Shown: positions 1-7,050 of the stretch, piece by piece
Layout of the letters: the number at the start of each line of letters is the position of its first letter
Position numbering within the stretch: the first letter of the stretch is position 1
Origin: a virus
Lineage: Duplodnaviria; Caudoviricetes
Direction: 5' to 3' (one strand)
IMG/VR virus record: IMGVR_UViG_3300011336_000340
Span: 1 to 25,457 of that record
Length of the DNA stretch: 25,457 bases
Position numbers and translations under genes: made by a program
Notes under the pieces: model-generated
What the model saw: only the letters and a program-made list of their open reading frames with translations
What the model was told of the DNA's origin: nothing
The model's database searches: none

Positions 1-284
1 TGCTGGAACGATCACTCAAAGCAGAGCGCGAGCGTGACGAGGCGCGGGAGAAAGTAGAGCAACAACGAAAAGAAATCGTTCGCTTGAACGGCGCAACAAG
101 TCATGCTGCTGGAACTCCTCTAAAAAGTGCTTTGAGAGAACGCGACGAGGCGCGGGAGGTTTTAGAACGCATCGCTCACGCAAGCATGAGTGTACGACAT
201 AAAGAAGAAGACTATGCCGAATGGGAAAAGGCAGTAGAATCACTTCTAGGAATCTGCGAAGAAAATAATTTTACAAATGAATAA
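1..284 (+). CDS. 5'-truncated hypothetical protein with ERDEARE coiled-coil repeats
   Basis: The frame is open from position 3 (LERSLKAERERDEAREKVEQQRKEIVRLNG...RERDEAREVLER...) to TAA at 284. The listed 84 start is internal. Confidence 0.7.
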   Translation, partial: LERSLKAERERDEAREKVEQQRKEIVRLNGATSHAAGTPLKSALRERDEAREVLERIAHASMSVRHKEEDYAEWEKAVESLLGICEENNFTNE

Positions 285-861
285 AGATGTCACTCTCATC
301 GTCTTTGAAGGACTGAAATCTAGGCACGAGCAAAGCGAAAAATTATTTAAACACCTTTGCGGCTTGGGCGGATTCGGTGATGCCGTTTATATCGCGGAGG
401 ATTGCACCTACCAACAAGCGATGCACTGGGAGCTGGGTCGCTTTGCCGACTATATCGACACGTCGCACGCGCTCATCTGTACGCATGATGGGTTTATTGC
501 AAACCCTCACCTTTGGCAGGATACATGGCTTGAATACGATATGATTGGAGCGCCTTGGCCTGCGTTCTGGAACGTCGGGCATCGCGTCGGAAATACAGGC
601 TTCACGCTTCAGAGTCAGAAATTCTTGCAAATGGCAGCAAAGGCCGAAGCACTCTGGAAGGGTGAGGCGGGAGATGTCTTTTTGTGTCGCACAATGGAGC
701 AAGGGTTTCGAGATAATGGCATCAAATACGCTCCGGTGAACGTAGCGGCGGCCTTTTCTTGGGAGCATTACATCGAAGAAAATACAGCAGGCCCAAATCA
801 TTCTTTCGGTTTTCACGGGTGGGTGGCAGGTAAAACGCGCGAACAATACTATACGTTTTGA
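277..861 (+). CDS. DUF5672-like putative glycosyltransferase
   Basis: Motifs HDGFIANPHLW, YDMIGAPW, VGNTGFTLQS and FGFHG match my recollection of the DUF5672 pattern. Confidence 0.75.
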   Translation: MNKDVTLIVFEGLKSRHEQSEKLFKHLCGLGGFGDAVYIAEDCTYQQAMHWELGRFADYIDTSHALICTHDGFIANPHLWQDTWLEYDMIGAPWPAFWNVGHRVGNTGFTLQSQKFLQMAAKAEALWKGEAGDVFLCRTMEQGFRDNGIKYAPVNVAAAFSWEHYIEENTAGPNHSFGFHGWVAGKTREQYYTF

Positions 862-1520
862 ATATTTTAATTATTTACCATTTGAGGCTCGGAGACATTG
901 CGCGGTGCTTGCCAATAGCGAAACATTTCGCGGATCAAGGCCACGATGTAATGTTCGAGTGCTTGCCGGAGTATCACGGTCTTTTCGAGATGGTGGATTA
1001 TTGTAAACCGCTCTACCCGCAGAATGACCATAGTGGATTTCACCGCATCATCAACTTGCAAATTTGGCCGGACTTGCACGAAGACTTTTGCGCGAGCGAA
1101 CTAGGCTGGAGCGACTACGTTTACGGACTATTTCCCGAAGGTAAAGATATCGACCGGCAGATTGTTCTCAACTCGCCTGCAATAGTAACGCCTCCAGAAC
1201 TCAAGTCTTGGGTTCTTTGTTTTCCGACCGGATACAGCCAAGATAAAAAGATCGACGTGCGAGACGTCATTACCGTCGCGCATCAAGTCGCGAACGGCAG
1301 GCCCGTGCTTTGCGCTGGGAAGGCCGCTCACGGTATGGCAGAGTTTGAGAGCATAGAATATATGTGTGCTTACATTCGGGACGCGCAAGAGGTTGTCACG
1401 ATCAACACGAGCACAAGCATATTGTCATCGGCACTCCGCAAAAGCTGGGTTCATATTTCGGATAGTCCGAAACACGACTTCAAGCACCCGAACCAACGCC
1501 GTATAGAGCGCAAGTTTTGA
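858..1520 (+). CDS. Glycosyltransferase family 9 (heptosyltransferase)-like protein
   Basis: N-terminal RLGDIARCLPIAKHF (cf. GT9 xLGDxxxxxP) and C-terminal INTSTSILSSAL (cf. DSGxxHLAAA). TTG start overlaps the upstream stop. Confidence 0.65.
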   Translation: MNILIIYHLRLGDIARCLPIAKHFADQGHDVMFECLPEYHGLFEMVDYCKPLYPQNDHSGFHRIINLQIWPDLHEDFCASELGWSDYVYGLFPEGKDIDRQIVLNSPAIVTPPELKSWVLCFPTGYSQDKKIDVRDVITVAHQVANGRPVLCAGKAAHGMAEFESIEYMCAYIRDAQEVVTINTSTSILSSALRKSWVHISDSPKHDFKHPNQRRIERKF

Positions 1521-1535
1521 CGTGAAGCCCACTTT

Positions 1536-1844
1536 GTGGGACTGCTCGACATATTTACAAACGATCTAAGCGCGATCATGAACGAACTGCCGCTGGCAGT
1601 CACGTTTGGTGAGCGTAATTTCCTAGCGAACCGGACAACATACCGGCGCGACAACAGCCTGGCTGATGGCGGATTCATGGATTCCGCATCCATGACTATT
1701 ACGGCTATTTACGATTCTTTCGTTCAGACCATTTCTCTCGGAGATGTTCTTGTCATAGGTGGAAGGCGCTTCCGCGTTACATCAGCCGAGCTTTCCCAAG
1801 ACGCCATCAGCGTCGATTTCACGCTAGAGGACATTAACAAATGA
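1536..1844 (+). CDS. Putative head-tail joining (head closure) protein
   Basis: 102 aa, beta-rich, with GDVLVIGGRRFRV typical of gpFII/gp16-like proteins. First gene of the virion block. Confidence 0.55.
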   Translation: MGLLDIFTNDLSAIMNELPLAVTFGERNFLANRTTYRRDNSLADGGFMDSASMTITAIYDSFVQTISLGDVLVIGGRRFRVTSAELSQDAISVDFTLEDINK

Positions 1845-4339
1845 GCATTTTCTTTCCAGAAGACGAAGGCCGCGAGGTTCCAGAAACAGACTATCAACCC
1901 ATCCTTCGCACCGAATTGGTGACAGGCGCAGCGGGGCCAACCGGAAGCCAAGGGGCTAAGGGCGACACAGGCGCTACGGGCGCGGGTGTAGTAACAGGCG
2001 GACTTACAGGGCAGGTTCTTGCGAAAAAAAGCAACGCCGATTATGATACTCAATGGGTAACCGGCGGCGGCGGTGGAGCGGCGATCTGGGGCGGCATTAC
2101 AGGCACTCTTTCAAACCAACTCGATCTGCAAGCCGCGCTGGATAACAAGATCGCGGTCGGTGGCGTAACGTGGGGAAGCATTACCGGCACGCTCGCAAAC
2201 CAGACCGACTTGCAAGGTGCGCTTGACTCGAAGGCTCTCAAGATCACGGCGATCACAGCAGGCACAGGGCTTACAGGCGGCGGTGATTTCTCGCAGTCGC
2301 GCACGATCTCGATGCTTGCAGACGTTCCTGCGGACTCGCTCAATTTCAACACGGCGGCGACCGAAGCGAATGCTATTGGCAAGATGTTTTGGAATGCAAC
2401 CGAAGGCGCTCCGCAGGTCGGGCTGGCAGGCGGCCATTTGCAGCTTCAAATGGGATCAATGCTTGTTGCATACATCCGTAATGCCGAGGCAACGACTCTA
2501 AATAAGGGCGAAGTTGTTTATCTTTTCGGAGCAACGGGCAACCGCGCAAGCGTAAAGCGAGCATCTAACCAAGCTGATTCCAGTTCATCAAAAACTATAG
2601 GGCTTGTCGCTGAGAGCATCGGCGCGAATCAAAACGGCTTTATCATCACGCAAGGCACGATCGATGGACTTTCGTTAGGATCGCCGTATGTTGAAGGCGA
2701 TTCGGTTTATCTCGGTAACACTCCAGGAACATTTACACGGGTCAAACCAACGCAACCAAATCACATCGTTTTTATCGGCGTTGTCGAACGAGCCAATGCT
2801 GGCAACGGCCAACTTTACATCCGACCGCAAAATGGATTTGAGCTTGAAGAGTTGCATGATGTCTTGGTGACTTCTCCACAAAATAACCAAACGATCCTTT
2901 GGAATTCAGCCGTTACACTTTGGACGAACTCAACCTTGACCATAGGAACGATCAGCGGACTCTCAGCCGATCTTAGCGGGAAAGTCACATCGGTTGGAGC
3001 TACATCGCCTGTTGTTTCGAGCGGAGGGACAACTCCGACAATATCGATGCCAGTCGCTACGGCTACAACTAGCGGATATTTGTCTTCAACTGACTGGACT
3101 ACGTTTAATTCGAAGCAGGCAGGGGGAACTTATATTACATCAGTTACAGGAACTGCTCCGATAGTTTCGAGTGGGGGAACATCGCCTGCTATTTCAATTC
3201 CGGTTGCGACTGCTGCCACGAGCGGATACATCAGTTCAACGGACTGGAGCACATTTAATGCAAAGGCAAAAACGTGCGACATTCAAGTTTTTACAAGAGG
3301 AACGCTCTTCACTACAACGGCAACGGCATTCACTTCTGGAAGCCCTACAATAACTGTAGCTAGTAATGCAAATATGGTAGTAGGTATGGCTATTTCGGCG
3401 CCATTCTTGCCAGCGCAAACAAGCGGGACTCAAACGACAATTACAAACATTGCAGGAAATACGATCACAGTTTCAAGCAATGCGACATTGAACTATTCGG
3501 ATCGTAACATTGCGAATATAATCCACTTTGCAGCAAATTCATACACATGGACAAAGCCAACAGGAGCAAAATCAATTGACGTACTTTGCATCGCTGGCGG
3601 AGGCGGAGGTTCTAGCGGACGTGTTAGTGCCGGTGTATTTGGAGGAGGTGGAGGGGCTGGTGGTGGATTAACATTCAGAACGCAACTTCCAGCATCCTTT
3701 ATTTCAGCAACTGAACCAGTTATTGTTGGGATTGAAGGAGTGGGTGGAACAGCTACGAACCAAGTTAACTCTAACCATATTTGGGGTGGAGATGGATTTA
3801 ATTCATTTTTTGGAGCAATAAGCGGGAATGCACTAAATCCTTGGTGCTTCGCTGGTGGTGGGGGTGGTGGAAACGGAACTAATGGAGTACCCGGATCAGG
3901 AAACGCAAGAAACGTAAACTCTGGTGGTAGTGGTGGAGCTGGAGGCGGAACTGCCGCTGGAGCTGGAAGTTCATTCACTACAATATCTGCAACTGGTGGA
4001 GGTGGTGGTGGAGGCGCTAACTCGACCTCATTTTTTAACGGAGGCAATGGTCAATGGGTTGTCGGAAATAATCCTATTGGCGGTCAGGCTCAATCGTCCG
4101 GTGTAGAAGGAACAAATGGAACTAATGGAACTAGCATGGGAACTTACATTCATGCTGGCGGTGGCGGTAGTGGTGGGGTTGGCGCATACACAAAAAGCGC
4201 AGGAGCAGGAGGGAGTGGTGGACTGTATGGGGCTGGTGGCGGCGGTGGCGGATGCCAAGGGACGGTGAATGCAGCCTTATTCTCTGGCGCGGGGGGCAAT
4301 GGAGCGCAGGGGATTGTAATTGTGACAACATATTTCTAA
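1841..4339 (+). CDS. Mosaic virion fibre protein (collagen-like N-terminus, internal repeats, C-terminal glycine-rich domain)
   Basis: Contains a Gly-X-Y run (GAAGPTGSQGAKGDTGATG), 2x WGxITGTLxNQxDLQxALDxK, 2x TSV..SSGGT.P.IS.PVAT..TSGY.SSTDW.TFN.K, and a Gly-rich domain from WTKPTGAKSIDVLCIAGGGGG to GGNGAQGIVIVTTYF. Confidence 0.8.
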   Translation: MSIFFPEDEGREVPETDYQPILRTELVTGAAGPTGSQGAKGDTGATGAGVVTGGLTGQVLAKKSNADYDTQWVTGGGGGAAIWGGITGTLSNQLDLQAALDNKIAVGGVTWGSITGTLANQTDLQGALDSKALKITAITAGTGLTGGGDFSQSRTISMLADVPADSLNFNTAATEANAIGKMFWNATEGAPQVGLAGGHLQLQMGSMLVAYIRNAEATTLNKGEVVYLFGATGNRASVKRASNQADSSSSKTIGLVAESIGANQNGFIITQGTIDGLSLGSPYVEGDSVYLGNTPGTFTRVKPTQPNHIVFIGVVERANAGNGQLYIRPQNGFELEELHDVLVTSPQNNQTILWNSAVTLWTNSTLTIGTISGLSADLSGKVTSVGATSPVVSSGGTTPTISMPVATATTSGYLSSTDWTTFNSKQAGGTYITSVTGTAPIVSSGGTSPAISIPVATAATSGYISSTDWSTFNAKAKTCDIQVFTRGTLFTTTATAFTSGSPTITVASNANMVVGMAISAPFLPAQTSGTQTTITNIAGNTITVSSNATLNYSDRNIANIIHFAANSYTWTKPTGAKSIDVLCIAGGGGGSSGRVSAGVFGGGGGAGGGLTFRTQLPASFISATEPVIVGIEGVGGTATNQVNSNHIWGGDGFNSFFGAISGNALNPWCFAGGGGGGNGTNGVPGSGNARNVNSGGSGGAGGGTAAGAGSSFTTISATGGGGGGGANSTSFFNGGNGQWVVGNNPIGGQAQSSGVEGTNGTNGTSMGTYIHAGGGGSGGVGAYTKSAGAGGSGGLYGAGGGGGGCQGTVNAALFSGAGGNGAQGIVIVTTYF

Positions 4340-4340
4340 A

Positions 4341-4787
4341 ATGATAACGGACTCAACATATACTCTGACGCTGGAGAAAGCGCTAACTGATACATTTGTC
4401 CTTGCGTTACAGCAAGAGATGCAGGGCGCCTTGGTGGTAACGGCAGCGGAGAACTTTGGGACAATGACATTGCCGGCCTGCTTTGTAAAATGCACAAGGC
4501 AGCGCGAGAGTATTATCGACTCAGCAATTTTTCAATTCTCCGTCGATATAGCATTGATCGTGCAGGCCGATGACATGGATCAAATGGCAATGGAAAACTT
4601 GTGGTCGCAGGTGCTCTGTATTTCGCACGACATTACGGGACTAAAGACAAAGTTGAACGCCGTGCGTCCGCAATACGCCTTTGTTTTCGGCATCCTTCGG
4701 GACGGGCCGGTATCGCTCTCGTCAAACGAGCGGCATTTTGAGCGGTCGGTAACGATAACCGTGCACGCCGCGCTTTACGCGAGTTGA
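4341..4787 (+). CDS. Putative tail terminator/completion protein
   Basis: 148 aa immediately upstream of the tube gene, with an LPACFV motif and an alpha/beta pattern like gpU/gp17. Mostly a synteny-based call. Confidence 0.5.
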   Translation: MITDSTYTLTLEKALTDTFVLALQQEMQGALVVTAAENFGTMTLPACFVKCTRQRESIIDSAIFQFSVDIALIVQADDMDQMAMENLWSQVLCISHDITGLKTKLNAVRPQYAFVFGILRDGPVSLSSNERHFERSVTITVHAALYAS

Positions 4788-4805
4788 CAATTTCCACGAA
4801 ATATC

Positions 4806-5171
4806 ATGCCAGCAACCGTCATCACATCATCCGTAGCGTCCGGCGTTGAGTTCGGACTCCTTCAAGAAACTGGGCTTTTGCTCAATTCTTTCTCCCGCTC
4901 CGTTCAGAGCGATAAAGCAACCGTTATGGACGCGCTCGGCGATACCGTCGCCGTGGCTTACTTCAACAAGACTGCCACGATCTCGCTCGATGGCGTTGTA
5001 AACGGCGGCGTCGCCTACGAACTCGCCAACATCCTAACCCTCGCCAACGACACGACATCCTACGGCGTTTCTGGCGGTGCAGTTATCGTTGATTCCGTTG
5101 CCGAAAAGACAGGTGCAGGCACGTTCAAAACGATCACCGTTTCCGCGACTCAATATCCCGAGATCGTCTAA
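4806..5171 (+). CDS. Putative major tail (tube) protein, minimal size
   Basis: 121 aa, beta-rich and S/T/V/G-rich, biased codon usage, followed by an intrinsic terminator and then chaperone/tape measure genes. Confidence 0.55.
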   Translation: MPATVITSSVASGVEFGLLQETGLLLNSFSRSVQSDKATVMDALGDTVAVAYFNKTATISLDGVVNGGVAYELANILTLANDTTSYGVSGGAVIVDSVAEKTGAGTFKTITVSATQYPEIV

Positions 5172-5188
5172 CAACCCTGGCTCATGCC

Positions 5189-5223
5189 GCTGGCTCCCCG
5201 GCTAAAGGGAGCCGCCTTTTTTT
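5189..5223 (+). terminator. Rho-independent terminator after the tail tube gene
   Basis: GGCTCCC(5192-5198)-8 nt loop-GGGAGCC(5207-5213), followed by T7 at 5217-5223. Confidence 0.8.
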
Positions 5224-5229
5224 AAATAT

Positions 5230-5628
5230 ATGGACGCAAATAAGAAATTCTTTCACACGATCAACTTAAAAGCTGCTGTCGCACTCGCGACAATGGGCTT
5301 CAAAATGAACTTCCCACCGGTCACTCGACTGGTTCGCACCGACGGCAAGGAGTCAACGGAGTTTTGGTTTGAAGGCGAGAACGACAAGGGCCAAGACGCT
5401 TCTCAAATTTACCGCCAGATGACCAAGGAAGGCGACGAACTCGAAGCCAAAGAGCCAGAAAACCCGCTCTGCTACATCCGCGCAGCATTAGCCAACCGCG
5501 ATGTCTTGGTGGACATCATCCGCAATACTCCGCGCCTTATCGAAGTCGAGCACAATGGAAAGCGCATTGCTATCAGCGAAAACGCTTCGGACAAAACGAA
5601 GCAGGAGATGACCAGATTTTTAAAATAA
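5230..5628 (+). CDS. Hypothetical protein in tail operon
   Basis: 132-aa ORF, TAATG-coupled to the next gene. No family recognised. Confidence 0.75.
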   Translation: MDANKKFFHTINLKAAVALATMGFKMNFPPVTRLVRTDGKESTEFWFEGENDKGQDASQIYRQMTKEGDELEAKEPENPLCYIRAALANRDVLVDIIRNTPRLIEVEHNGKRIAISENASDKTKQEMTRFLK

Positions 5629-6029
5629 TGAAAAAGACACAAAATACAGACCTAGTAAAAGACGACGAAATTCTACGCATTCAAGCAATGGAAGACGGCC
5701 CGAAGAAAGTAAACGGGCGAACATTGCGACCAATTACGGCGCTTACAATTTCATGGATGCAACGCAACGAAGTTTTTTCTGGCGACATGGATCCAGTTTG
5801 GAAGGCAGCGGCGTTTACTTTCCTGCACTCTGATCCAATGAGCACGATTCGCGGGGTCGTCAACGACCGCGACACGTTCATCAACGCCGTCGATTCATGG
5901 ATCGAAAAGAACATGAAGCACCATCACGAAACGACAGGAATGTCGGAAGCGATGGGTGAGGCATTTGATCTTTACAATTCCGCTTCTCCAGCATCCGAAG
6001 GCGGTGAAGGCTCAGGAAGCCCAAACTAA
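5628..6029 (+). CDS. Tail assembly chaperone (gpG-like)
   Basis: Lies between the tube and tape measure genes and ends in a flexible GGEGSGSPN at slippery C_CCA_AAC directly before TAA. Confidence 0.65.
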   Translation: MKKTQNTDLVKDDEILRIQAMEDGPKKVNGRTLRPITALTISWMQRNEVFSGDMDPVWKAAAFTFLHSDPMSTIRGVVNDRDTFINAVDSWIEKNMKHHHETTGMSEAMGEAFDLYNSASPASEGGEGSGSPN

Positions 6030-6277
6030 ACAGCCCCAACTGGCTTGCGATCTACGCCTACCGGCTAGTCAAGATCACAGGTTGGGGCTTTCAAGAGATC
6101 ATGGAAGAACTGCCATTTGCGGCAGGGCTTCAAATTCTGCACGCTGACGACTACGCCAACGGACGGCATTCAGCATGGGCTAACAACAACGCCCGAGTTG
6201 ATGTTGACGCTCTCGCCACTATTGAAGACACCCTAGCAAAGTATGGCAAAATTCAAGTTCGAGAGTCTGAAATTTGA
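6020..6277 (+). CDS. -1 frameshift extension of tail assembly chaperone (gpGT-like)
   Basis: The -1 frame is open from CCC AAA CTA AAC (6020) to TGA (6277): LNSPNWLAIYAYRLVKITGWGFQEIMEELPFAAGLQILHADDY... It fills the gap between annotated ORFs. Confidence 0.7.
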   Translation, partial: PKLNSPNWLAIYAYRLVKITGWGFQEIMEELPFAAGLQILHADDYANGRHSAWANNNARVDVDALATIEDTLAKYGKIQVRESEI

Positions 6278-7046
6278 GCAGATAATGAAAGACTACGCGA
6301 CTATTCGCGAAGTCACCATTCCTGATGCTGTCATGCTCAACGCTCGTCTTCTTTGCGTGGAGTTGGGACGGCGCACGCAGCCGTTCGGAAATGATGATAC
6401 ATCTGGGAAAACTCGTGTAAAAAATGATATTGGAAAAATCATCAAGCCTCCGGTTCAACTTTTGGCAATGGCAAATAAGGTTGAAAACAAGAAGATCGGG
6501 CAACGATTAAAAATGCTGATAATGAATCAGAGATATGATGTCGTAGAGACTATCTTTCGCAATCTTGGTTTTTTAAATAAGTGGACGGGGCTTGAGTTTC
6601 TGGACAGCAAGAGCGGAGTAAAGACGCATCACCAAGATGCGCGCGTTAAGCCCACGGGAAGAACAAAAGCAAGGGGAAGCAAGTTATATATTTCAAGCGC
6701 AAATGATCTGAATACATATATCACAGAGATACAAAAACGCGTCGGTATTTCAAAAGGAGGATGGGCTGATTGTGCAAGCCAACTCAAGAAGGTGAATAAG
6801 GGAGGACTACTTACAGGCTTCCCATCATGGGTTAAAAAAGCAGCTAAAGGCGGATCTGGATCAGTTCAAGACCTAACGTCAAATATCAAAATCCCAAAGG
6901 TTATTCTTACAAACAACGTGCCTTGGGTATCTCATATTCTTCCAGCAAGCGAACAACTCAACGCGCTTCAACTCGTCGCAACAAAGATGCGGAATCAAAT
7001 GAACATGATCCTAAAAAAGAGACAAAAAGGGCTTATAGAAACATAA
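6243..7046 (+). CDS. Basic virion morphogenesis protein (possibly HK97 gp10-like neck/tail completion)
   Basis: 267 aa, Lys-rich, with a C-terminal ILTNNVPWVSHI resembling the N..PYA motif of gp10-like proteins. Function inferred. Confidence 0.4.
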   Translation: MAKFKFESLKFEQIMKDYATIREVTIPDAVMLNARLLCVELGRRTQPFGNDDTSGKTRVKNDIGKIIKPPVQLLAMANKVENKKIGQRLKMLIMNQRYDVVETIFRNLGFLNKWTGLEFLDSKSGVKTHHQDARVKPTGRTKARGSKLYISSANDLNTYITEIQKRVGISKGGWADCASQLKKVNKGGLLTGFPSWVKKAAKGGSGSVQDLTSNIKIPKVILTNNVPWVSHILPASEQLNALQLVATKMRNQMNMILKKRQKGLIET

Positions 7047-7050
7047 TATC

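Noticed and set aside
3493-4047. 184-aa Pro-rich minus-strand ORF, and the other minus-strand ORFs in the track
   Set aside because: These are antisense shadows of + strand genes (poly-Pro mirrors poly-Gly codons) with no recognisable motifs.
5956-6147. 63-aa + strand ORF after the chaperone
   Set aside because: It is in the +1 frame and not protein-like. The -1 frame (6020-6277) has the slippery site and chaperone-like sequence.
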